A stretch of 64,000 nucleotides of DNA from Neocallimastix sp. 'constans' (Eukaryota), in NCBI GenBank assembly GCA_050613775.1, contig JBODTK010000156.1, forward strand, positions 186,001 to 250,000, in the 5' to 3' direction. The translations under genes and the position numbers were made by a program. Shown here piece by piece: positions 1-12,092 of this stretch; the first letter of the stretch is position 1; every line of letters begins with the position of its first letter. The notes under the pieces are model-generated. The model did not search any database. It was not told where the DNA came from and saw nothing but the letters and a program-made list of their open reading frames with translations.

Positions 1-35
1 TTTTTATTTTAATTTTATATTCTTTACCCTTTTAT

Positions 36-81
<46 letters not shown>

Positions 82-1891
82 TAATAAATTAAATAAAATA
101 ATATATATATAATAATTGTACATAATTAAAATTTAAAAACTTTTTTTTTTTAAAAAAAAAAAAATAATAATAATATCTTTTTTAAAATATTAAATATAAT
201 CTAATTTAATATAATATTATATAATATAATATAAAATAAAAAGAAATAAAATATATATGTATATAAATAATAAAATGAATATAATAAAATAAAAAAAAAA
301 AATAAAAATAAAATAAAAAAAAATAATAAAAAAAATAAAAAAAAAAAAAAATAAAAAAAAAATAATATATATATAAAGAATATTTATTTAAAATGACATC
401 TTATTAAACAAAATAAAAAAAAAATAATTAAAAATAAAAATAAAACTAAATAATTCATTATAATAATAATAAAAAAAAAAATTAACAAGAAATCACGGTT
501 AACACAAATTAAGCTCATAAAAGTAGCAATCCCCCCAAAAAAAAAAATAATAATAATAATAATAATATAAAAATAAATAAAAATAAAGAAAATAAAAAAA
601 AAAAAAAAAAAAAAATAAATAAAAAAAAATTAAAAATTAAAAAATAATAATAAAAAAAAAGATCAGTTAAATAAAAAAATAAAAAAAAAAAAAAAAAGCT
701 TATTTTTTTCTGTTTTTTTTTTTTTGTTTTGTTTTGTTTTGTTTTTAAACTTAAACTTTATTATGTATTGGATTTTTATACTATTATTTTTTTTTTTTTT
801 TTTGTAAATAAAGAAAAAAAAATAATAATAATAATAAATACTACTAATTTTTTTTTTAATTAGTTTTTATTTTTATTATTATTTTATTAAAATAAAAAAA
901 AAAAAAAATAATAGTAATAATAATAATAAATATTACTAATTTTTTTTTAATTAGTTTTTATTTTTATTATTATTTTATTACTATAATTTAATCTATTAAT
1001 TGTAAATTATTTATTTTATAATTTCATTATAATTTTTTTTTTTTAAAAAAAAAAAAAATTATATATATAATTACAAATAAATATTTAGCTATTATTTATT
1101 AATTTATTGTTTGATAAAAAAAAAAAAAAATTATTAATTTTCATTTCATTAATAATTTTTATAATTTATTTTTAATTTTTTTAAATAATACTTATTTTTT
1201 TTTTTTTTTTTTTTTTTTTACGTATTGCGTTTTATTGCTTAAATCTATAATGATAATATTAAAATATTTTATTTTTATGTTAATTAGTATTAAATAGTAT
1301 AAATTAATTATAATTTATAATAATTTATGTTTTTTTTTTTTTTTTTTTTTTTTTTTATTTTCTTTTTTTTCTTTTTGTTTATATATATATTTATAATTTT
1401 AAATATTTTGAATTTTTTTTTTTATATAATATTATTAGTATTTGTATTTGTAAATTACTAGTATTATTAATTATTTTCACTTTACAGCATTAGTATATGA
1501 ATATAAACTTTTTAAATATTATTATTATTATTTTTTTTTTAAAAAAAAAAAAAAAAATCTATATATATATATATATATCAGAAAGATGAAATATCTTTCA
1601 GAAAAAAAAAAAAAAAATAGGAAAGTAAAAAAAAATAATAATAATAAAAATAAATTAGTTTATATTATTATTAAGATATAATTATAGTATATAAATATCG
1701 AAATAAGAATATAATTAATAATTTATTATAAAAATAAATTTCAAATAAAATTACACCCGATAAAACAATTTTTAATAATAAAAATTCTTCTGAGTTATAA
1801 AGAATTAATAAAAAAGTAAAAAAAAATAAATAAAAAAAATAAAAAAAAAAATAAATAAATTTTTTTATTATTATTATTATTATTTTTTTTT

Positions 1892-3499
1892 CTAATTTAT
1901 CCATTCTTTAACTTTCTTTACAATAGCATCCTTTTGTTTATAATGAATAGTATGAGGTCCATCTAATATGATGACTTCATTATGTTCATTATTACCAAGT
2001 ACTTTATGTTGAAGCTCATTCCATTTATTGTTAGCCTCATTACTTTCACTAGATACGAAACTTAATACTGGAACCTTATCTGGGAATTTAACATTGGCTA
2101 GTTTTGAAAGATTACTATAATAATTATTTATATCTTCAACTATGGCATTTGTGAATGATTTTTTATTTATTAAAATTTTTTCTATTTTTAAGTCATCTTC
2201 AGAATAATTGTAAGAATGATCAAGAGGTAAGAGATTAGAATTAAAAAGATATTTAATTCTATCAAAACCTAAACTATTATTTAATTTAGCCTTATTCTTT
2301 TTAGCTAAAAATTGTTCTTCGGTTTCTATTGCTTCAATTCCAGGTACTGAACTATCAAGACCAATAAATCCTAATATTTCATCTGTAAAATCTTTAGCCC
2401 ATTCTAATGAATATAAACCACCCAAGGAAGAACCCATCAAGTAATATTGCTTTATATCAAGTTTTTGTATACATTGATGTAATTCGGAAACAATTTTTTC
2501 CATGGTTCTATCAGCTTCCACATCTTCAGAAAAACCATAACCAAATGGTTCAACTGTAATGACCCTGTATTTACTAGATAGTGCTTCAGTCAAAGGTTTA
2601 TATTCAACAATTGGTGATGGGCTTCCCATTCTAGGTAAAAGAACTATTGTTTTTTCATTCTTATCACCTACAATATTAAAGCTCATATAACGATCATTGA
2701 TTTCTGTTTTATTTGAATATTTACTAGCAAGATCATCTAAATTTCTATTTTCATTAATACTACAGATAAGATTGAAATAGCCATAGCACATTAAAATAAA
2801 TACTACTGATGAAATTATCCAAATTAATAAACGAATTGATTTACGAGCTACACTTTTTTGCTTTTTTTGTTCTTTGGGGCTTTCTTGATTATCCTTTGAG
2901 CTATCAATTGAAGCCATAGATTTTCTATTAATAGAATCTGATTTTTTTAAGTCAACATTTGGATTTTCTTCAGTATCATTTAATACATTAATAGTATCTG
3001 TGTTACTTATAACCGAATTTGGTCTATTCACTTGAGTAATATTAGACATATCAATTGAAATAGAATCAGATTGGCTTACTACTGATAATAATTTTTTCTT
3101 TTGTTCGTCTTCTTCATTACTTTGGGTATAATTTTCAACCTCATTTTCATTTTCGTCTTCATTTGATAAACTAATAGTATTACAATCAGAATGTACTATA
3201 GAAATAGATTGGCTAATTGTTGAATTTGACTTTCTAATTTGCTTTACTGTATTATCTGGAATATTAAGATTATCATAATTAATTTGTGTTACAGAATCAG
3301 ATTGACTTATAACTGAATTTGATTTTAATTTTCTTTCTTCTGGATCAACTTTTGTATCATTTATTATATTAATAGAAACCGAATCAGTTTTCATTTTTGA
3401 AAAATTTGGTTTTAATAAATTTTCTTTTAAATTAGTTTTATATTCTTTTGAATTATCGAAAGAATCAGATTGACTTATTGTAATTTCTGAATTTTCCAT
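1892..3499 (-). CDS. Single-pass membrane alpha/beta hydrolase (535 aa) with a repetitive Ser-rich N-terminus
   Basis: Intronless ORF. Hydrophobic helix LLIWIISSVVFILMCYGYF, then hydrolase motifs TIVLLP, VITVEPFGYGFS, nucleophile elbow GSSLGG, FIGLDSS and a C-terminal His (GPHTIH). The N-terminus has about 6 copies of an S-x-ISQSDS-x-SI-like motif. Confidence 0.9.
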   Translation of the reverse strand: MENSEITISQSDSFDNSKEYKTNLKENLLKPNFSKMKTDSVSINIINDTKVDPEERKLKSNSVISQSDSVTQINYDNLNIPDNTVKQIRKSNSTISQSISIVHSDCNTISLSNEDENENEVENYTQSNEEDEQKKKLLSVVSQSDSISIDMSNITQVNRPNSVISNTDTINVLNDTEENPNVDLKKSDSINRKSMASIDSSKDNQESPKEQKKQKSVARKSIRLLIWIISSVVFILMCYGYFNLICSINENRNLDDLASKYSNKTEINDRYMSFNIVGDKNEKTIVLLPRMGSPSPIVEYKPLTEALSSKYRVITVEPFGYGFSEDVEADRTMEKIVSELHQCIQKLDIKQYYLMGSSLGGLYSLEWAKDFTDEILGFIGLDSSVPGIEAIETEEQFLAKKNKAKLNNSLGFDRIKYLFNSNLLPLDHSYNYSEDDLKIEKILINKKSFTNAIVEDINNYYSNLSKLANVKFPDKVPVLSFVSSESNEANNKWNELQHKVLGNNEHNEVIILDGPHTIHYKQKDAIVKKVKEWIN

Positions 3500-3551
3500 T
3501 TTTGTTTATTATTTTATTTTACTATTATCATTATAAATATATATGTATATT

Positions 3552-3660
<109 letters not shown>

Positions 3661-5112
3661 AATTTTTTTTTTTTTTTTTAGTTATAAATATATATATTAT
3701 TTAAAAGTAAATAAATATATATATTATTTAAAAGTAAAAAAGATTTCAATTTTTTTTAAATTTAAAGAAAGAAATTTTTGACTTTATATAAATAAAATTC
3801 CATCAGTATAATTAGATGGAATATTCTCACCTAATTAAAATAATCAAAAATTAATTAAAAAAATATTTATATATAAATACATATAAATATTAAAAAATCG
3901 ATATATATATTATAATATATTGTATTAAAAATTGATATTATTCAATATCATTATTAATGTATTTATTATTAATTTATTTTATTATATATTATATTAATAA
4001 ATAATTCTATTTATATAATATTAAGATTATTTTATTATTCATTTATTATTTATTATTTGATTATTTATTTATTATTTATTATTCAATTATTTATTATTTA
4101 TTATTAAATACTCTTTTTATTAAATACTCTTTTTATTAAATACTCTTTTTATTAAATACTCTTTTTATTATTTATTATTTATTATTAATTTTTTATTTAT
4201 TATTTATTATTTAATAATTTCATATCTTTTTTTATTATATATTAAAATTATGAATTGATTTCCATTAACACTCTGGATAATGAAAAATACAAAAAAATTA
4301 ACTTTATTAATTAGTATATTTTTATTAATTCAATAATATATTTCGATGAATATTATAATATTAATATCATTTAAGTTTAGCATATCAAAAAAGAATTTTA
4401 AAAAAAAAAAAAAAAAAAAAAAAACATAAATCAATAAATAGACAAATAAATAATGATGTATATATAATATATATAATATATATAATATATATAATTAATT
4501 AATAAGTGCTAATTTAATCTAATTTTAATTTTACTTTTTAATTTCTTTCATTTTATTTTTATCTTTACTTAAATATTTTTTCTTTTTAAATTAAATTTAT
4601 AATTGAATCATATGAAAATTTGTTATTTTTTAAAAAAAAAAAAAATTTATGTATATATTCATTATAAATAATAATAACACAAATAGTAAATAAAATAAAA
4701 TAACAAAAATAGTAAATAAATAACAATTAAATAATAATAATAATAATATTTAAAATAATAATTAAAAAAAATTATTTTTTGTTCCTGTTCAAAAATATTA
4801 GACATTCTATTATTTAAGAACAATAAGTAAATAATAATTCAAGTTTTAAGGCTAATTAGTACACAATAATAACAATTTGATTTTTTTAAAAAAAAAAAAA
4901 TAAAGAATAATCAGAGAAAAAAAAGGTATACTACCATAAAAAAAAAATTTTTTACATTTTTTATAGATCAATTAAATGTTATATTATTTAATAATTAAAA
5001 ATATTGCTTTAAATATTAAAATTATTTTTGTATATTAAATAGATCATTATTTAAATGATAAATTTTTATAATGGGTAATACAAGCATATGAAAATATTTT
5101 AAAAAAAAAATT

Positions 5113-5260
5113 ATTAAATATTAAATATTAAATATTAAACATTAAATATTAAACATTAAATATTAAATATTAAATATTAAATATTAAATATTAAATATTA
5201 AATATTAAATATTAAATATTAAATATTAAATATTAAATATTAAATATTAAATATTAAATA
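5113..5260. repeat. (ATTAAAT)n heptamer tandem repeat
   Basis: About 20 copies, with two ATTAAAC variants. Confidence 0.9.
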
Positions 5261-5632
5261 ATAATTATTAATTTTAATTATAATAATTAATAATTAATAT
5301 TTATAACACAAAAAACTATTATAATAATAAATCTTATAATTAATTTAAATATTATTATCAAAGAATAGTTTTAAAATAATGATACAAATAATTAAATAAT
5401 ATAAACAAACAATAAATACTTCTAAATAAATAAAAACTTACAGATGAAATATTATTTGATACTAATTTTTTATTTATTATATATTTATTATAATATGATT
5501 ATTGTGATATTAGTCAAAATTTAATTATAATATGAAAAGTTTTTTGTTTTCTATTTAATCACTACAAATATTAATAAATTAAAAATCATTTCTTATTAAT
5601 AATATATTATTATAATAGATATCATTTAGTTC

Positions 5633-5694
5633 TAGAAAAAAGCAACAGATTTTTTTTTTTTTTATAAAAAAAAAAAATCTGTTGCTTTTTTCTA
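5633..5694. repeat. Near-perfect 62-bp palindrome
   Basis: tagaaaaaagcaacagat(T)n-at-(A)n-tctgttgcttttttcta; the arms are exact reverse complements. Confidence 0.9.
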
Positions 5695-5965
5695 AACCTG
5701 TAAAATTTTTATATTTATGAATCATTTAGTGAATAATGGAACAATTTAGCACAATTTAGCACAATTTTTTTTTTTTTTGTATTTTTATTCTTCTAATTGA
5801 AAATATTAATTGTAATAATGCATTCATATCACACTAAGATTCTAGTATCATTACAATTTTATAGTTATTCTTCAAATAATTTGATTTAATATTAATATTA
5901 CTTCAATTCGTATTAGTAATTTTTTATATAAAATACTACTAAAAAATAATTATTAATAATAATAA

Positions 5966-6142
<177 letters not shown>

Positions 6143-6263
6143 ATTTATCAATATTATTGAAGTAAAAAAAAAATTATAATATTCATTAAATGAAAAATTA
6201 TTACTTAAGACAACTTTGATATTATCTTCTATTTCAACTTACAATCATATGAAAAAGAAAAAG

Positions 6264-6301
<38 letters not shown>

Positions 6302-6304
6302 TTT

Positions 6305-6835
6305 TAAATTAATTATTTCAAAAATATTCTACATTTATTGATTCTAATATACATTAAAAAGTAAATTTATCACCTGATTATAAAATATTTTACATTTATT
6401 AATTATAATAAATAAAAAAAAAATAAATTTATCACCTGATTATAAAATATTTTACATTTATTAATTCTAATAAATAAAAAAAAATAAATTTATCACCTTA
6501 TTACAAAATATTTTTCTTCATATAACATATAACAAATAATTAATTAGAATAAAAAATAAAAAAAAATAAAATATAAAAAAATTATTTCTTTATCTAATAG
6601 TACAAAAAAAAAATTTCCGTAGTATTTCTGATATGCTTATAGATAATAATTCATTGTTATATTTTGTAGATAAATTATTTTTGATTAATATTGATTTATC
6701 CTTTTCTATTTTTATATTATTGATATTATTTTCATTGTTATTATTATTAACTATTTATTTTTGATTAATATTGATTTATCCTTTTCTATTTTTATATTAT
6801 TGATATTATTTTCATTGTTATTATTATTAATTATT
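6305..6835. repeat. Local tandem duplications (~62 bp x3 and ~80 bp x2)
   Basis: taaatttatcacct recurs at about 62-bp spacing; ttgattaatattgatttatccttttct recurs at 80-bp spacing. Confidence 0.8.
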
Positions 6836-6915
6836 TATTAAGAGTCAAGAATTTTTTGTTTATAATTATATCAATTTTATTAATATACTTCATTATAAAG
6901 AGTTACTAGCACCTA

Positions 6916-6956
<41 letters not shown>

Positions 6957-7020
6957 CAATATTTATTTTTTATGATTATTATTTATTTTTTATGATTATC
7001 ATTTTATTATTATTATTATT

Positions 7021-8630
7021 TATTAAAAATCAGGAATTTATGGTTTATAATTATGTCAATTTTATTAATATATTTTATGATAGAGTTATTTACATTATTA
7101 ACTAAAGATTTAAACTAATACGAATTTAAATGGAATGTGTATCATTTCACAATTGTGAATTTTGTAATGTGGCTTAAATATTATAATTAATTGCCACATT
7201 ATATAATTTTCTTTAACCAATAAATAAATAATTAAATAAAAAATAAAAATCATTTTTGAAATAAGACTTAAAATATTTTATTATAAAATATTTTAAATGA
7301 AGTATGTTTCTAATTTCGAAAATTGCGTATGAGATTTTTTATTAAATAAGTGTATTTTCTATAATATATCCAATGTTGATTTATCAAAAACATATAGATT
7401 AATTAAATGTAATGATTCGTGTGTTACCACATTGAGTATTTTGACATTTCATAAACATTTCAAATATTCGGTTATAGGTAGTATCAAAATACTTATCTCG
7501 CTTCCCCCTAAAATCCAAATATTTTACATCAATTGAATATTGGATTTTCTTGTTATAATAAATTTATGTAGTATCATGTATATGCATAGTATTTATCATT
7601 ATTATTATATAACGCTCTTCACTTGAAGGCACCTTACAATCATACTTTGTAGTTTAATGAGCTATAATTCTTCTGTTGTTATTGACTTATAATTATTATA
7701 CGTATTTGTTAAAATAGTTGTAGATACGAGCGTATGTTGTTAAGTGTAATGCTTTTTCCAGTTTAGCAATAACTGATGCTTTTAGATTACCCTAACCCTA
7801 ATTGGCGATTGCGAATGTTATGTAAACTACATATCATCTTATGGTAACATCAATAAAATTTTTGTTATATTAAGCAATTTGTTATCTTGAATACTTCCAA
7901 AAGGAGTCAGATGAGATTAAAACTTCCTCCAATTATATAATTCATTGATTATATATTATGCTTTCGTTTAATGAAGCTTCTCGTAATCTTTGTCTGTAGT
8001 TAACCCTTGCATAGTTATTTGTATAAGTACATGCTTTGGATAGCTTAGCAAATAACCTTCAAGTTATGTACTTTTGTTGGAAAGAGGTAACCAAAATGTC
8101 ACTCTTTGTGGATAAGACTAAACCTTTTATATCTTCTTTTCTTTTTTTCATGTATAGTACAAACTTTAAGATTTCGTATAATGTAGTAGTTGAACTATGA
8201 TTGATGAAACTATTATGCTTATTTTATTTGTAACTATATTACTTTGTATTTTGTATTTGATATTTGACGTTTTGTGGATTAACGAATAAACCATTATTAA
8301 TAGGTAATTTAATATTCAAGTTTTAATTAATTTTGATTGAATACTCGTTAGGTTTTTAAAACAATCATTTATTATTTATGACTAACTTTCTTTGGTTTCT
8401 GTTATTTTAAATTAATAGGTTTAGAATATTCAATAATTTTCTCTTCTAACATAATGTTAGGGGTTATATAATGATTTGTCCGTTCAGAGAATTCTACTGA
8501 GAGTTATTGAGATTTTTAATCTATTGAAAGTCAGGAATTTATGGTTTATAATTATGTCAATTTTATTAATATATTTTATGATGAAGAGTTACTTATATTA
8601 TTAAGTTAACTAAAGATTTAAACTAATATA
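7021..8630 (-). mobile_element. Highly decayed, internally deleted Ty1/copia relic
   Basis: ~100-bp direct repeats at ~7030-7120 and ~8530-8630 (LTR remnants). A degenerate PBS (minus strand agattaaaaatctca, 8508-8522) abuts the right repeat. Integrase-like ELYNW..SHLTPFGS on the minus strand near 7890-7950. PPT-like agggggaag on the minus strand near 7501-7510. Confidence 0.5.
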
Positions 8631-8929
8631 TATGTTTACATTGTGGCTTTTACATTTAATATATTACAATATGCATTATATTTAACATGATGATTCAAAA
8701 AGTTATTTAATTTTAATAAATATAACAATTATTTCTTATGTTTTACATATTCTAACATATGTATTTTTCTATTTATTTATTTATTTATTTATTTATTTGT
8801 TTGTTTGTTTGTTTAATAATTAATAAACTATTTATATAGGAGTAGGGCATTTCGCCAAGTTGCATTTTCGTCAAATTGAAGATTATTAAATAAATAAATA
8901 AAATTAAAATAATAAAATTAAAATAATAA

Positions 8930-9416
<487 letters not shown>

Positions 9417-9469
9417 TATTTAATTGTTTTTTAATCTCCATTCCAAGCAGAATTATTTTTTAAAAATAA

Positions 9470-9790
9470 ACATATTTTTTACGGATGGCACATTTTATAT
9501 TGCACCTATATTTAGGTAACAAGTATTCATAACTAGAACCTATGTTACAGAATTAAATTGTTTTTACACTACTTCCTTTTCTGTATTAAAAAAATAAAAA
9601 GCAAACAACTTATGAAATATTATTTGAAGAAATAAAAAATATTTTCTAGCAAATATAATAGTATTGAAATTACACCAGAAATATTTCATTGCGATTTTGA
9701 AAAAGCTATATCTGATGCTGCAGAAAAAGGTTTTATTAATGCAAATATTAAATATTGTATATGGCATTATGAAAGAGCATTAGAAATAAA
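9470..9790 (+). pseudogene. MULE transposase catalytic-domain remnant
   Basis: Frameshifted translation gives F-T-DGTFYIAP ... KQTTYEILFEEIKK ... PEIFHCDFEKAISDAAEK ... FINANIKYCIWHYERAL, matching the MULE DGTF, DFE.A and C..H motifs. Confidence 0.85.
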
Positions 9791-10775
9791 TAAATAAATA
9801 AATAAAAATTATATAGTAATAAAGTTAAAAAAATTAAAGATTTATATATTTATTATAATAATGATTTCATTGAATTATGGTTGAAATGCTTAAATGATTT
9901 AAATACTATTGATTAAATAATAAATTATTAAGAAATAAATATTAAAATTATTGATTAAATAATAAATAATTAAGAAATGACAGAAAATTGACCAAATGAA
10001 TTCTGTCATATATAATAATAATTTTTTAATAGTAAAAATTATTTTAAAAAGAGAATAAATGAATAAAATACAATAATGATTAATGTATTTTTAACCTTTA
10101 TTGAATTAATTTAGCTTAAGAACATTAAAATATACTTTTATAATTAAAATATTGTTATTATAATATTATCTTTTTTCAAAATATTAAAAATATATATTTA
10201 TAATTAAATATTATAAATAATTATTTTATTACTATTTTACAAAATATTAAAAAATATCTATAATTAATTATTAAACATAATAAATACAAGTTTAAAAAAA
10301 TTAGAATGAATTTTTATTTATTCATTCATTCATTTATTTATATCAATAGGTTACTTGGCGAAATGCAACTCTCGCTATTTATATAATAAATATTTTAATT
10401 TTTATTAATAATATTGTATTATTTTCAAATATCGAATAATTTTATATAGACAGTTGTTTTATAATTCAAGTTTATTTATTATATTTCACTTCGTTTTCTT
10501 TTTAATATGTATATCTCAAAAAATGGGATTAAAGACTCAATATCATATATTTCATTTAATTTTAATAAAAATATAAAAATTATAATAAATATGGAATAGA
10601 AAATTTCAATAACCCTTCAGATTTAATATAGAAAAAATAAAGAGTTCAGTTTACTATTTTTTTTTTTTTTTATGTAATAATATTAGCTTTTATATCTAAT
10701 ACATATGATATAAACAGACTATATTAGATTTTTTTTTTTTTTAGAAAGTTAGTAAATATAATAATATATTTATAT

Positions 10776-11020
10776 TGTTAAAAATAAAGTTCAAATAGTA
10801 TAGTAATTTATATTATATATATTTAATTCTTTATGTATGTATGTATGTATGTGGCTTAATACATATAATATTAATATGAAGATATTGTGTAATTGATGTA
10901 GTAAAAAACTAATACATGTAATTAGTATAAAATAAAATAATAATTTAATAATTAAATAAAATAGAACTTAAATAAATAAAAAATAAAAAATAAAATAAAA
11001 TAAAAAATAAAAAAACAAAA
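10776..11020 (+). repeat. 5' LTR of element A
   Basis: tgttaaaaataaag...aaacaaaa; matches 15342-15586. Confidence 0.95.
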
Positions 11021-11035
11021 GATTAAGAGTCTCAT
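11021..11035 (+). promoter_or_regulatory. Primer-binding site complementary to the tRNA-Lys(CUU) anticodon arm
   Basis: gattaagagtctcat directly abuts the LTR. Its reverse complement is A-TGAGA-CTCTTAA-TC, an anticodon stem-loop with a CTT anticodon. Confidence 0.85.
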
Positions 11036-11043
11036 TAGCAGAA

Positions 11044-12092
11044 ATGAGTGAAAAAAGGAATATAACGAATACTGTTGAAGAAACAGTAAATACATTAAAC
11101 CAAATAAATACAGTAAACATAGCAAATAAACCAACTACTACAAAACACCTATTAACATCAAATAACTACAGACTATGGTTAACGGATATGGATCTTTTAT
11201 TAGTTATTAATGATGTTGATGACTATGTTTACGAAGAAAAGGTAAAAGTTATAAAGAAAAACAAAATAGCTAAAGAAAATCTAAAGAAATATAAAAAGGT
11301 TAGAGGTTGTGATGACCTATATTATGAAAAAGACGTCACAAAAGAAATGATAAAGCTAGATTCTTTAGCTAAGCATCTGATAAACAATAGCATATCAGAT
11401 GAAATCAAAATCAAATTAGATTTTCAGAGATCTAGTGCCTATCAAATTTGGAACATTTTAAAAGCAAGTAATACTAGATCAAATGAAGAAAGGAAATTAG
11501 AATTAAAAAATAAGTTAGAGAATATGAAATATAACAAAGAAAATGATATTTCACTATTTATTGAAGAATTGAAGAAATGAACAACATTTTCAATGAATTA
11601 AGTAGTCTTGAAATGGAAATCAGCGATGAGAAGAAATTTGAATATCTCTATCTCGCTCTTCCATATGAAATAACATTGGAAGTTAACATAATGGACCACG
11701 ATGGGAAATGGGAAGATGTTACCAAATGTCTAAAAAAGAAGGTCCCTAAGCTAAAATATCTTAAGGAACTTAGAAAAGAAAATAACCACAAGAATAATAC
11801 AGTAATAAACGTTAACTCAATGACCAAGAAAAATAGATTCACACCAAGAAACAACAGAGGAAGAAAAAGATGTTATATATGTAACAAGCTAGGACATATA
11901 GCACGGGACTGTTGGCATAATGAGAAGAACAAAAGAAAAAAGAACAATAATATCAAAGCCAACAACGCAAGTATAAACAAAGAGGATGGGTATTGCGAAT
12001 TTGCTGATGCTCAAATAAGCCTCAAAGATTACAATTCAGATGAAGATATCCAATCCTCATACTCCGTTCGACCGAGGCGTGGACGCTACTAA
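11044..12092 (+). pseudogene. gag: Gag of element A, frameshifted by an 8-bp tandem duplication
   Basis: ORFs 11044-11580 and 11577-12092 join if one copy of ttgaagaa (11561-11568 / 11569-11576) is removed. CCHC knuckle CYICNKLGHIARDC. Confidence 0.9.

Noticed and set aside
1..1890. Possible gene or RNA in the first 1.9 kb (including ORF 1671-1904)
   Set aside because: Homopolymer-rich intergenic or UTR DNA with no coding signal.
11016..11017. Canonical CA end for the LTR of element A
   Set aside because: LTR identity continues three more bases, and the TSD and PBS both fit an end at 11020 / 15586.
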